Below the pieces are notes generated by a model. The model searched no databases. It was not told where the DNA came from and saw only the letters and a program-made list of their open reading frames with translations. DNA of 64,000 nucleotides from Planctomycetota bacterium (GTDB lineage: Bacteria; Planctomycetota; UBA8742; UBA2392): positions 777,088 through 841,087 of the forward strand of contig JABTUE010000002.1 of the NCBI GenBank assembly GCA_015075515.1, in the 5' to 3' direction. Position numbers and translations under genes: made by a program. Of the stretch, positions 37,523-46,749 are shown one piece after another. Each line of letters opens with the position of its first letter. Positions within the stretch are counted from its first letter, which is position 1.

Positions 37523-37698
37523 GTCACCTCCGTACCAGAGTGTGACCTGGGCGACGCCAACACGCCATTGCAACCGGGTGCCGCAATTGGAAACCCCGGC
37601 AGGGTTCGGTAGCGGTTCCGCAGGCAATTATTGTGGACTAAACGGGTCCGCTACCCCGTTCCACCATTGGCCCCGCCGGTGTAACCTTCGGCCCTGCC

Positions 37699-38604
37699 AT
37701 GACCACCGTGACCGACAAAGTGCGCGACCACTTCATCAACCCACGCAACGTGGGCGAGATGGCCGACGCCACCGTGGTCGGTGAAGTGGGCAGTCTGGCT
37801 TCGGGCCAGGCCCTGAAGCTGTACCTGAAAATCGGCGCCGACGAGCGCATCGAGGCCGCCAGCTTCAAGGTGTTCGGGTCGCCGCAGGCAATCGCGGCGT
37901 CTTCGGCCCTTACAGAAATGCTCAAGGGCAAGCCGGTTGACGACGCCGCGCGGATTACCGCCGACGACATTGCCGCGTACCTGGGCGGTCTGCCGCCGGA
38001 AAAGATGCACGCCTGCGTGATTGCAATGGAGGCGCTGGAGGCCGCCTATGCCCGGTTTCGGGGCATAGCCCTGGACAACGAAGGCGAAGAAGACCTGCAC
38101 CACAGCGTGTGCCGCTGTTACAGCGTGCCTGAACACAAGATTGAACGCGCGATCCGCGACCACAACCTGACCCACGTGTATCAGGTTACGCACTACACCA
38201 CCGCCGGCGGCGGCTGCGGCTCGTGCCACGTGGACATCATGCAGATCATTGACCGCGTGCGCGCGGAAATGGCGCCGGCCAAACCCGCGACCCGGCCCGC
38301 GCCGGCACTGGCCGGGGCAACCGGCAACGTTTCGAACCTGCAGAAAATGCAACTGATCCAGGAAGTGCTGGATCGCGAGATCCGCCCCGGTCTTGCCATG
38401 GACGGCGGCGACATGGAACTTGTGGATGTGCAGGGCAACCAGGTGTTCGTGCGGCTGCACGGGCACTGCAACTCGTGCAGCAGCAGCAGCGCGACCATGA
38501 AGTTTTTTGTGCAGGACCGGCTGCGCGAGATGGTTGACCCGAACCTGGAAGTAATTGATACCACCGAGCATTCGGCCGAACTGCACGCGCCGCCGATGCG
38601 ATAG
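37699..38604 (+). CDS. nifU: NifU-type Fe-S cluster assembly protein (three-domain) with degenerate N-terminal scaffold domain
   Basis: 301 aa. IscU-like N-terminal domain in which two of three ligand Cys are replaced (GSLASGQ, FGSPQAIA; only HACVIAMEAL is retained). Central BFD-like [2Fe-2S] motif (CRC…CGSC). C-terminal NifU domain (GHCNSCSSS). Confidence 0.78.
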   Translation: MTTVTDKVRDHFINPRNVGEMADATVVGEVGSLASGQALKLYLKIGADERIEAASFKVFGSPQAIAASSALTEMLKGKPVDDAARITADDIAAYLGGLPPEKMHACVIAMEALEAAYARFRGIALDNEGEEDLHHSVCRCYSVPEHKIERAIRDHNLTHVYQVTHYTTAGGGCGSCHVDIMQIIDRVRAEMAPAKPATRPAPALAGATGNVSNLQKMQLIQEVLDREIRPGLAMDGGDMELVDVQGNQVFVRLHGHCNSCSSSSATMKFFVQDRLREMVDPNLEVIDTTEHSAELHAPPMR

Positions 38605-38672
38605 ACTTCCGCGGGACCGGTCGTGAGGGAACAATGTGTGGGCCCTTGCGGCCGGCCCCCGCTGGTTGACCC

Positions 38673-39899
38673 ATGACGCGACCCCTGTACTTCGACAACA
38701 ACGCCACCACGTTTCCGGCGCCCGAAGCCGTCGAGGCGGTGCTGCCGCTGCTGGGCGAGTTTTACGGCAACCCCAGTTCCCAGCACGCGTTCGGCCAGAA
38801 AGTGCGCCACCAGCTTGAACTGGCGCGCGAAAGCGTGGCCCGGTTATTGAACTGCAAGCCCGCCGAGGTCAGCTTCAACAGCGGCGCCACCGAGGGCAAC
38901 AACACGGCCATCTACGCCGCGCTGCAGGCGCGGCCTGATCGCAAGCACATTGTCACCGTCAAAACCGAGCACTCCAGCGTGCTTGAGGTCGCGCGCAATC
39001 TGGCCGGCCGCGGCTACCGCGTGACAGAACTGAACGTGGACAGCGCGGGGCACCTGGACCTTGACGAACTCAAGGGTGAAATCAGCGGCGACACCGCGCT
39101 GGTCAGCGTGATGTGGGCCAACAACGAAACCGGCGTGATCCACCCCGTGGGCGCGATCGGCGACCTGGCCAAGCAGTTCGGCGCGCTGGTACACGTGGAC
39201 GCCGCCCAGGCCGCCGGCAAGCTCAAGCTTGACCTGGCCGAAGAACCGGCTGTGGATTTTCTGACCATCAGCGCCCACAAGTTCCACGGCCTGAAAGGCT
39301 GCGGCGCGCTGTTTGTGCGCGAGGGCACGGGCTTTGAACCCCTGATCCGCGGCGGCCACCACGAAACCGGCCGGCGCGCCGGCACCGAAAACACGCTGGG
39401 CATCGTGGCTCTGGGCGCCGCGGCCGACCTGGCCCGCCGCAAACTGGACGCGCACATTGAGCACATGCGCAAGATGCGCGACCGCCTGGAACGCGGCCTG
39501 ATGGCAAAGTGTGACGACGTGACGCTCAACGGCGACCCGGTCTCGCGCCTGCCCAACACCACCAATCTGGGCTTTGCCTGCGTGGACGGCGAGGCGCTGT
39601 TGATGATGATGGACGCCGAAAACATCTGCGCCACGGCCGGCAGCGCCTGCCGCAGCGGCAGCATGGAGCCAAGCCACGTGCTGAAGGCCATGAACGTGCC
39701 GCTTTGGGCCATCCACGGCAGCGTGCGATTCTGCGTCAGCCGCTACACCACCGAAGACGAAGTGGACGCGCTGGTTGAAAAAGTCAGCGCGATTGTCAGA
39801 CGCCTGCGCGAGATCAGCCCGTTTGGCGCCAGATCAGCGCCCAGGCAGCCCACCGACGCCGAACTGGAAGCCCACAAGGCCTACTTTGCCCGAGCCTGA
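38673..39899 (+). CDS. nifS: cysteine desulfurase NifS/IscS family
   Basis: 408 aa. PLP-lysine region SAHKFHGLKGCGALFV and the active-site Cys loop ATAGSACRSGS. Confidence 0.85.
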   Translation: MTRPLYFDNNATTFPAPEAVEAVLPLLGEFYGNPSSQHAFGQKVRHQLELARESVARLLNCKPAEVSFNSGATEGNNTAIYAALQARPDRKHIVTVKTEHSSVLEVARNLAGRGYRVTELNVDSAGHLDLDELKGEISGDTALVSVMWANNETGVIHPVGAIGDLAKQFGALVHVDAAQAAGKLKLDLAEEPAVDFLTISAHKFHGLKGCGALFVREGTGFEPLIRGGHHETGRRAGTENTLGIVALGAAADLARRKLDAHIEHMRKMRDRLERGLMAKCDDVTLNGDPVSRLPNTTNLGFACVDGEALLMMMDAENICATAGSACRSGSMEPSHVLKAMNVPLWAIHGSVRFCVSRYTTEDEVDALVEKVSAIVRRLREISPFGARSAPRQPTDAELEAHKAYFARA

Positions 39900-39960
39900 C
39901 GCGCCGCCCACACTGGATGCCATCCGCGCCGCGATTGCCGCCGGTTTCGGCCCGCGCGCG

Positions 39961-40614
39961 GTGATGATGGCGCGCGAACTGTGCCGCGTTTGTGACACCG
40001 CCACCATGCTGGAACTGGCCGAGCTGCTGTCCGAACACGGCATGCACCCGCCGCTGGCCGGCATGTGGCGCAACCGTACCCGCGACCGGCGCGAGACCCA
40101 GCCCTACGCCAACGCGCTTAACGGGCTGGCCCAAACGATGGTTGCCCAGGGCCGCTTTGACGACGCGATGCGCGTGCTGCAGGAGGCCATCGAGGAAGCC
40201 CCCGAGCTGCGGTATCTGCGGCGCAACCTGGCTTCGCTGCTGCTGGAAAAAGAAGAATACGAAAACGCGCTGGAAACCAGCGAACGGCTGATGGCCGAAG
40301 ACCCCGGTGACGCCGAAACAGCCGAATTGCTGGGTGTGATCCGGTACACTGTGGGCGACCCCCAGACGGCACTGGAACCGCTGCGGCTGGCCTTTGAAGC
40401 CGGCCGCGCCACGGCGGGGCTGTGGCTGCTCAAGGCGCTGACCCTTACGGGCGACGACGGCGGCGCGGCCGAAGTGCTGCGCCGGCTGGATGCCGAACAC
40501 CACGACCGGGGCGCGGCGCTTTTGCAACTGGAGCTTGAGGAACCCGGCAGCCCCCTGCACGCGCTGCAGGGGGCGCCGGGCATGGCGTTGCTGTTTGGGC
40601 GACTGCTGGGCTGA
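39961..40614 (+). CDS. TPR-like helical repeat protein
   Basis: The ORF track begins at 39775 and overlaps the nifS 3' end in another frame. GTG/ATG starts at 39961–39967 avoid the overlap. TPR-like helices (…GRFDDAMRVLQEAIEEAPELRYL…). Confidence 0.42.
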   Translation: MMMARELCRVCDTATMLELAELLSEHGMHPPLAGMWRNRTRDRRETQPYANALNGLAQTMVAQGRFDDAMRVLQEAIEEAPELRYLRRNLASLLLEKEEYENALETSERLMAEDPGDAETAELLGVIRYTVGDPQTALEPLRLAFEAGRATAGLWLLKALTLTGDDGGAAEVLRRLDAEHHDRGAALLQLELEEPGSPLHALQGAPGMALLFGRLLG

Positions 40615-40654
40615 GCACTCAAACGTGCGGTGAAACGGCTCCTTTGGACGCAAT

Positions 40655-40695
40655 GCGTCAAAAGAAAACGCCCCGGCCGAAACCGGGGCGTTTGT
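40655..40695 (-). terminator. intrinsic (rho-independent) terminator, probably bidirectional
   Basis: ACGCCCCGG-CCGAAA-CCGGGGCGT hairpin lies just downstream of the pilin stop. On the minus strand it is followed by UUUUCUUUUGA. Confidence 0.55.
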
Positions 40696-40708
40696 AACGA
40701 CAGCCGGA

Positions 40709-41389
40709 TTACTGCTCGTAGGTGCGATTGAACGGCTTCTTGTTGCCGATCACGTCGTTGGGGCGTTCCTTGAACGTCGTGGCGTCAATGTTCCACTGCG
40801 AGCTGGCGTTGTCGGCGGTCATGTATTCGGCCGTGTCGCCGTCCGACCAGTACACAATCACGCCTTCGTTTTCGTAGTTGTTCCAGTTCTGGCTGTTGAA
40901 CGTCAGCACCACCGTCTTCTGGGCGCCCTTGCTGTTCAGCACGCTCAGCAGGTCACTGCCCTTGGGCGAGGTGTAGCTGCACGAGTTGGGCGGCATTTCG
41001 CCGCTTTCGATCCAGTCCGTGCCGGCCTTGGAATCCACCTTGCTGTTCAGGCTGACCAGCTTGTTGACGACTTCAGGGTCCAGCAGCTTTTTCTTGATGC
41101 ACTGCTCGTAGAACTTCTGGCCCTTGGCGTCCTTGAGCGCAGCCTCGGTCAGCGTCTTTTTCTTCTTGTTGTCAATCGGAATCTGCTGGATGGCCTGCAT
41201 CAGGTCGCCAATCTGCTTGACCTCAAGCTTGGCAGAGGCCTGGGCGAGCTTGGGAATCACGGCAACGGCCAGGATGCCCACGAGCAACCCCAGGATGCCG
41301 ATCACCACCATCAGTTCCACCAGTGTAAAACCGCGACGATATGACCTGTTCAAAGTAGTTCCCCTTGCGTTGTTAAAACGGCAAGCCAA
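40709..41389 (-). CDS. type IV pilin / T2SS pseudopilin-like protein (prepilin N-terminal methylation motif)
   Basis: Class-III signal RRGFTLVELMVVIGILGLL. The likely real start is the TTG at 41353 (MNRSYRR|GFTLVE), which has an AAGGGG Shine-Dalgarno 7 nt upstream. The ORF-track start at 41389 is also TTG. The gene has lower GC (~57%) than its neighbours. Confidence 0.75.
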   Translation of the reverse strand: MACRFNNARGTTLNRSYRRGFTLVELMVVIGILGLLVGILAVAVIPKLAQASAKLEVKQIGDLMQAIQQIPIDNKKKKTLTEAALKDAKGQKFYEQCIKKKLLDPEVVNKLVSLNSKVDSKAGTDWIESGEMPPNSCSYTSPKGSDLLSVLNSKGAQKTVVLTFNSQNWNNYENEGVIVYWSDGDTAEYMTADNASSQWNIDATTFKERPNDVIGNKKPFNRTYEQ

Positions 41390-41555
41390 CCCTGCGTTGG
41401 GTTATCCGACCCCTCAAGTATCGCCATGCAGGCGCGGTCGTCAAGCACCAGACCGGCCCCAAACCCGCTTCATGACGCGAATTATCGGAACGCCATTTGC
41501 GCTGACACGGCGTAACATTCCGTTGTAAGTGCTTGCACTTGCTGGCCAAACGGCG

Positions 41556-42230
41556 TCACTTGGGGCGCGTCGGCGGCTTGAAGTCGTTCTCAAGGCCTTT
41601 AAGCACTTCCGGCGCCTCGTCCTTGGGCTGGTTGGCCAACGCGGCCTTGCGGTCGCCGTCGTCAATGCTGCCGTCCACCTTGAGCGCGGGCATGCTGGCC
41701 GGAACTTCCAGCGCCGGGTGGCCGCACTTGGGGCAACTGATTTTCATCGGCTCTTTGTAGTTCAGCACGTTGAACTTGCTGAAGCAGGCCGGGCAGCCCA
41801 GGATCGTGATGTTCTGGCTTTGCAGCAGTTCGTGCACCTGTTCGGCCGTCAGCACGCCGCGACTGACCATCACCTCACCCAGCCGGAAAAACAGGTTGAA
41901 GCGCTCCAGCTTGGCCTGTTCGCGGATGCATTCGTGAACCTGCTGTTCGGTGCAATAGCCTTTCTCAATCGCCAGCCGGCCCAGCGTCATGCCCATCTTG
42001 CGCACGGCCGGCGACATCTCCAGGCGCGAGCGGTTTTCGCGCTGGATGGCCAGAACCGTCATCAGTTCTTCGTCAGACAGAAAGCCAAGATCCACCATGC
42101 ACTTGCCAAGGTGCGTGCCGTCGGGCGCCTTTTCCTGGGCCTCGACGGCCTTGGCAAGCTGCTCCTCGGTGACGAAACCGCACGAGACAGCGATCTTGCC
42201 GAACAGAACCTCAATCTTGGTGGTGGCCAT
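41556..42230 (-). CDS. tandem MshEN-like (T2SSE_N) c-di-GMP-binding-motif protein with C-terminal zinc ribbon
   Basis: ATG at 42230; the ORF track starts at 42266. Four consecutive 24-aa motifs each fit RLGxxLLxxGLLxxxxLxxxLxxQ (FGKIAVSCGFVTEEQLAKAVEAQ, LGKCMVDLGFLSDEELMTVLAIQ, LGRLAIEKGYCTEQQVHECIREQ, LGEVMVSRGVLTAEQVHELLQSQ). These are followed by CPAC…CPKC. Confidence 0.65.
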   Translation of the reverse strand: MATTKIEVLFGKIAVSCGFVTEEQLAKAVEAQEKAPDGTHLGKCMVDLGFLSDEELMTVLAIQRENRSRLEMSPAVRKMGMTLGRLAIEKGYCTEQQVHECIREQAKLERFNLFFRLGEVMVSRGVLTAEQVHELLQSQNITILGCPACFSKFNVLNYKEPMKISCPKCGHPALEVPASMPALKVDGSIDDGDRKAALANQPKDEAPEVLKGLENDFKPPTRPK

Positions 42231-42355
42231 GCAGTACCCCGGGCAGTGCCAAGAGTTTAGCGCCAATGCCCCGAAACTGAAGCCACCACGTCAGCGGCCA
42301 GGGCGGGAAAAAACACACCCGGCCCCGAAAGGCCGGGTGGCTGCGGCAGGTCAGG

Positions 42356-44026
42356 CTACATTTCGAAGGTACGCCAGGTGCCCGGGATGTACACCGCGCT
42401 GGTGTTGTAGGCGCGCAGGAAGTACGGCGGACAGGTCAGCCGCATGCGGTAATCCCAGTCGTAGTTGCGGCGGTAGTACGAGTTGCCCAGACCGCCGCCG
42501 TAGCTGCCCCGGGCGATCAGACCGCCGTGCAGCCAGTGCTCGCCACGGGGGCCCGTGCCCGACACGTAGCCGTAGTGGCGCACGGGAGCGGTGTGGCCGA
42601 GTGCCAGGTACACGCCGTCCATGCTGGTGGTGTCGGCGGGGTAGTGGCCGGGCAGGTATTCGCCAACCACGTCGGTAACGCCGGGGCTGCCGCCGTACAA
42701 GGTGCTCAGGTTGCTCCACCAGGTGACGGCGGGGTGAATGTCGCCCTTGGACATCACGCCCAGCATCTCCTTGAAGCCCAGGGCGCCGGCGCTTTCCTTG
42801 CCGTTGACGCCGTCGGCCCAGAACCGGCGGTAACCGGGGTTGGTCAGCAGCGTCTGGTACACAATCGGCTGCTTGACCACGATCTTGTGGTCGCAGGCCA
42901 GCGAAACGCGGCGGTTGTCCAGTCGTCCGCTGAGCAGCAGAATCGGCGTAGTGGTGTGATTGTAGTTGTCGTCCACAATGTCGGTGTTGGAAAGGCTCCA
43001 GGCCGAACCGTTGGTGGCAAAGCGCGTCTGGGTGAAGTTGTTGGTGCAACCGCCGCCCAGCGAGTCTTTGGTGGCGGAAATCGCCGAAGCCATGCCGCTT
43101 TTGACGTAAATGACGCCTTCGTCGGGAATCGCCAGCGTCTCGACAACGCACTCGTAGTCCGTGTTGTTCAAGGAAGCGTGAATGTAGCTTGTGGTGCCGT
43201 TGCTGATGTCCAGCCAGCCCGTGCCTGTCGGCACGGTGCCGCCGCCAGTGCCGTTGACCTTGCGACGCACGAACCGGCGGTGGTAGTTGGTGCCGTCAAA
43301 GATGATTTCCAGCGTGTTTTCCGCCCAATAGTGGCCAAAGCCCTGCGCCACGGTTTCCAGTGAAGTCCAGGGCGCGGCCCAGGTCGGAAACGGAATCGCC
43401 GGCTGGTTCTGCAACGGGTTGCTCAACGGGAAGGTATAGCTCCAGGGCTGGCCGTTGGTGTGCGAGATCGTACCCGTCAGCACCACATCACCCAGCAACT
43501 GCGCGCCGGTGTACGGAATATACATGTTACCGGCGCCGTACAGGTTGCCCACGCACTTGTAGTTCGCGCCCAGTGTGCCGGGATCGCCGGTGAAGACCGC
43601 ATAGTCGCTGAACGTCGCCACCTTGATGTGATACTCAATCACGCGCGTGCGGCCCGAGGCCGAAGCCATTGAACGCATGCGCGCCGTGGGCACCGACGGG
43701 CCGCCCACACTGAGCGCCTGCACCGTCACTGTCGTGCCGTTCACCACCGGCGTGCCCACAGTCGTCCAGGTGGCTGTGTTCAGCCAGCTCCAGTCGTCCT
43801 GGATGCCCTGGATCAGCGTGAACCGGCCACGCATGGTTTCAATGCCGGCCTCGGCCGCGATCATCAGGCGCACGTCCACGCCGTTGCGCACAATGGACTT
43901 GCGGCTGATCACCGACATGGACAACAGCGCGGTGCCGGCCACGGTCACCAGAATCATGAACAACATGGCCGCCGCCAGGGCGCCACCGCGCCGGGCGCGA
44001 CGAAGAGAGTTGCGGGTCCTGAGCAT
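42356..44026 (-). CDS. PilX N-terminal-domain protein, large (putative type IV pilus-associated minor pilin/adhesin)
   Basis: ATG at 44026; the ORF track starts at 44131. PilX_N-like N-terminus (RRARRGGALAAAMLFMILVTVAGTALLSMSVISRKS). ~520-aa Gly/Thr/Asn-rich extracellular region with no other recognisable domains. Confidence 0.58.
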   Translation of the reverse strand: MLRTRNSLRRARRGGALAAAMLFMILVTVAGTALLSMSVISRKSIVRNGVDVRLMIAAEAGIETMRGRFTLIQGIQDDWSWLNTATWTTVGTPVVNGTTVTVQALSVGGPSVPTARMRSMASASGRTRVIEYHIKVATFSDYAVFTGDPGTLGANYKCVGNLYGAGNMYIPYTGAQLLGDVVLTGTISHTNGQPWSYTFPLSNPLQNQPAIPFPTWAAPWTSLETVAQGFGHYWAENTLEIIFDGTNYHRRFVRRKVNGTGGGTVPTGTGWLDISNGTTSYIHASLNNTDYECVVETLAIPDEGVIYVKSGMASAISATKDSLGGGCTNNFTQTRFATNGSAWSLSNTDIVDDNYNHTTTPILLLSGRLDNRRVSLACDHKIVVKQPIVYQTLLTNPGYRRFWADGVNGKESAGALGFKEMLGVMSKGDIHPAVTWWSNLSTLYGGSPGVTDVVGEYLPGHYPADTTSMDGVYLALGHTAPVRHYGYVSGTGPRGEHWLHGGLIARGSYGGGLGNSYYRRNYDWDYRMRLTCPPYFLRAYNTSAVYIPGTWRTFEM

Positions 44027-44403
44027 GGGATGCCTCTCCAGTGGGAACGGGAACGATGCTGAGAATATTACACACCGTTGCACGCCTGTCAACTTTTCTG
44101 CCGTGAATCGTACTAGGATTCTTGCGCCCATCTTACGGTTATCTTACATCAAGCATTGCCAAATGTACCCATAACCATCCTCTGATTCTGAAGTTACGAC
44201 GTTCGCCCCGTCACACCAAGCCCACCGGCAGCCAAACTGAAAAATCTGTCGCCCCTTGCAAGCCGCCGCACCATAAACCCGCGCCAGGCACTTACTAATG
44301 CTTCCGTACCTGTGCGCTGTGTACGATTCGATCTTTGCAACCGCCGGGCTTTCCTGTCGTTCCATGCATGGCGTGCTTTCCCGGCCTTGCCGCGCCGCCT
44401 ATC

Positions 44404-45123
44404 ATGCCCGCCGCTTTTTCAACCGCTTCTTCCTCCAGTTTCCGGGGCCGCGACGTGTCTCCACGCCAAACCGCCAAGAGCACCGAGCGCGTCCCCAAAC
44501 CCGAACGGCGCCGCACCGAGGCCCTGCCCCGCAGCCTGGCCGAATGCAGCGACTTTGAGCTGCTGCAACTGTTTGAACGCGAACAGGACCACGCGGCCTT
44601 TGAAACGCTGGTGCAGCGCCACCGGCGCCAGGTCTACAACTTCATCTTCAAGATGGTGGGCAAGGCCGAACCGGCCGAGGACATCTTTCAGGAAACCTTC
44701 CTGCGCGTGCTGAAAAATGCCGGCACCTACACGCCGCGGGCCAAGTTCACCACCTGGTGCCTGCAGATCGCGCGCAACCTGACGCTGGATCATTACAAGC
44801 GCGAAAACCTGCGCCAGCACGCCAGCCTTGACGCCTCTGCCGGCGACGGCGAAGAACACAGCTTCGCGGCACTGCTGCGCGGCGCTGATCCGGAAAGCCA
44901 CGAAGTCCTGCAGTCGCGCGAATTGATCGAGGAAGTGCGCCTGGCCATCACGCGCCTGCCGGCCAACCAGCGCGAAGCTCTGGTGCTGCGGGTGCACCAG
45001 GATCTGCCCTATGCCGAAATCGCCCAGATTCTGGACAGCCCCGAGGGCACGGTGAAGTACTGGGTACACGAGGCGATTGCCGCGCTGTCCAGATACCTGC
45101 AACGCAAGGGACTGGTGGAATAG
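44404..45123 (+). CDS. ECF (extracytoplasmic function) sigma-70 factor
   Basis: Sigma region 2 (FETLVQRHRRQVYNFIFKMVGKAEPAEDIFQETFLRV) and region 4 (LPANQREALVLRVHQDLPYAEIAQILDSPEGTVK). The start is uncertain: ATGs at 44335 and 44404 and a GTG at 44452 are all candidates. A GCAACC-N15-CGTT motif lies at 44337–44361. Confidence 0.72.
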   Translation: MPAAFSTASSSSFRGRDVSPRQTAKSTERVPKPERRRTEALPRSLAECSDFELLQLFEREQDHAAFETLVQRHRRQVYNFIFKMVGKAEPAEDIFQETFLRVLKNAGTYTPRAKFTTWCLQIARNLTLDHYKRENLRQHASLDASAGDGEEHSFAALLRGADPESHEVLQSRELIEEVRLAITRLPANQREALVLRVHQDLPYAEIAQILDSPEGTVKYWVHEAIAALSRYLQRKGLVE

Positions 45124-45197
45124 GCAATTTGGCCAACGCCGCCAGCGTCCGGGCGTTACACAAGACAAGAGAAGACGCAGTCGTACCGGAAACTGAC

Positions 45198-46616
45198 ATG
45201 ACCGCCCCGGCCCCTGACAACCGCCTGATTGACTTCGCCCTGGGCGAACTTGACCCCGCCGCCGAGCGCGCCCTGCTGGCCGAAATGGACCGCGACCCGG
45301 CGCTGCGCGCCCAGGCCGAACGCATCCGCCGCAACGTGCTGCTGGTGCGCGCCGTGCCCGCCAACGACATTGCCGAAAACGCCCTGGCCCGCCTGTTTGC
45401 CGCCGTGCGCCAGGCCGCCACAACCCCGGCCCACGCCGGCGGACACGACAGCGACGGCAAGGTGATTCCGATCGGCGGCCGCGCCTGGCGTTACGCCTGG
45501 CGCGCCGCGGCCGCGGCCCTGGTCGCCGGCACGGTGATCTTCGGACTGTCCCAGATGCCCCAGGGCCCGGCGCCGACAGTGGCGCGCGTGCTGGACGAAT
45601 CCGGCACCGGCTGGGTGCACGACGGCGATGTAGTCGAGGCCGGCATCGGTTCGCGCCGCGTGGTGCGCTTTGCCGCCGGCGAAGTGCTGCTGGACGGCGC
45701 TTCGGCCGTGCGGCTGCGGCGCGCCGGAGACTTCGGCCCGCCGGGCATTGAGGTGCTGCGCGGGCGCGCCGTGATCTCGGCCGGCATGGCGGCGCTGTCG
45801 GCCACCGTGGCGGAAAACCAGATTGCCCTGGAACCCGGCGCCAGCGTGGCCCTGAACTACGAACTGCCGTACCGGCACGTTTCGGCCGACGGCCGCGTGG
45901 TTGAAATCCAGCGCCAGACCGTGGCCGACGTGGCCGCACTGGGCGAAAAAACCTACGGCATTCGTATTGATGTTTCCGGCCTTGACCCGCAGATCCGCCA
46001 GCGGCGCCTGAGTTTCTTCGGCAACGACATGACACCCGAAGCCTTTGTGGCCAGTATGGTCGAGGCCGCAAGCCGCTTTGGCGTGCGCGATATTCCGCTG
46101 AACCAGCGCGATGTGCGCCTGGTCTATCGCGGCGCCACCGACCGCAGTGAAGGCCTGGACGCCAGCGTGCTGCAGATCGCGCTGCTGGCCGGCAACGCCG
46201 TGGTCAGCCGCGAGGGCGAATCACTGCGCCTGGCCGAGGGCACAGCCAACAGCTTTGAGGCCACCAGCACCCGCGGCACCGGCACCGAAACCCGCACCGG
46301 CGACAACCTGGCGCGCATGGTGGTGTGGGCCGGCGGTCTGGGCAACGCGGCCGTGGACAACCGCCTGCGCAATGTCGCGGCCCGCGGCGGCCACCTCCCC
46401 CAGGGCACCGTGATCCACACCGACCGGCTGGTTCTGCGCAAGGCCGGCCCGAACGAACCCGAACGGGTGTTTCTGCTGGGCGGGCCCGAGTTCACCTTTC
46501 CCCTGCCCGGCGACCGCAAGGGCCGCCTGGTGGGACTGATGAGCACCGGCGCCGAGTTCGAAGTGCAGGGTGAAACCACGCGCGAGTTCATCCCGCTGTC
46601 ATCCCTGGGCCGATAG
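45198..46616 (+). CDS. anti-sigma factor (single-pass membrane, FecR-like periplasmic domain)
   Basis: ATG at 45198; the ORF track starts at 45129. N-terminal anti-sigma helix region (LIDFALGELDPAAERALLAEM), a transmembrane helix (AAAALVAGTVIFGL) and a large periplasmic domain. Sits directly downstream of the ECF sigma gene. Confidence 0.68.
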   Translation: MTAPAPDNRLIDFALGELDPAAERALLAEMDRDPALRAQAERIRRNVLLVRAVPANDIAENALARLFAAVRQAATTPAHAGGHDSDGKVIPIGGRAWRYAWRAAAAALVAGTVIFGLSQMPQGPAPTVARVLDESGTGWVHDGDVVEAGIGSRRVVRFAAGEVLLDGASAVRLRRAGDFGPPGIEVLRGRAVISAGMAALSATVAENQIALEPGASVALNYELPYRHVSADGRVVEIQRQTVADVAALGEKTYGIRIDVSGLDPQIRQRRLSFFGNDMTPEAFVASMVEAASRFGVRDIPLNQRDVRLVYRGATDRSEGLDASVLQIALLAGNAVVSREGESLRLAEGTANSFEATSTRGTGTETRTGDNLARMVVWAGGLGNAAVDNRLRNVAARGGHLPQGTVIHTDRLVLRKAGPNEPERVFLLGGPEFTFPLPGDRKGRLVGLMSTGAEFEVQGETTREFIPLSSLGR

Positions 46617-46634
46617 ACCCGCAACCCAAACCCA

Positions 46635-46665
46635 AGCCCCCGCACCACGGGGGCTTTGTCATTTG
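46635..46665 (+). terminator. intrinsic terminator (anti-sigma gene)
   Basis: AGCCCCCG-CACCAC-GGGGGCU hairpin followed by UUGUCAUUUG. Confidence 0.5.
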
Positions 46666-46690
46666 CGGGGGCACCTGCACGCCCTTGCTT

Positions 46691-46727
46691 TCCTCAAAAA
46701 CAACAAGGCCGGCGTGGGCCGGCCTTG
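46691..46727 (-). terminator. intrinsic terminator (KE-rich protein gene)
   Basis: CAAGGCCGGC-GUG-GGCCGGCCUUG hairpin. On the minus strand it is followed by UUGUUUUUGAGG. Confidence 0.5.
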
Positions 46728-46749
46728 TTGGTGTGACGATCGCGGGTGG

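Noticed and set aside
44044-44079. Tandem GGAAC motifs followed by CCGTT as a possible ECF promoter
   Set aside because: The spacer to CGT is 21 nt, which is too long. The candidate closer to the gene (44337–44361) fits better.
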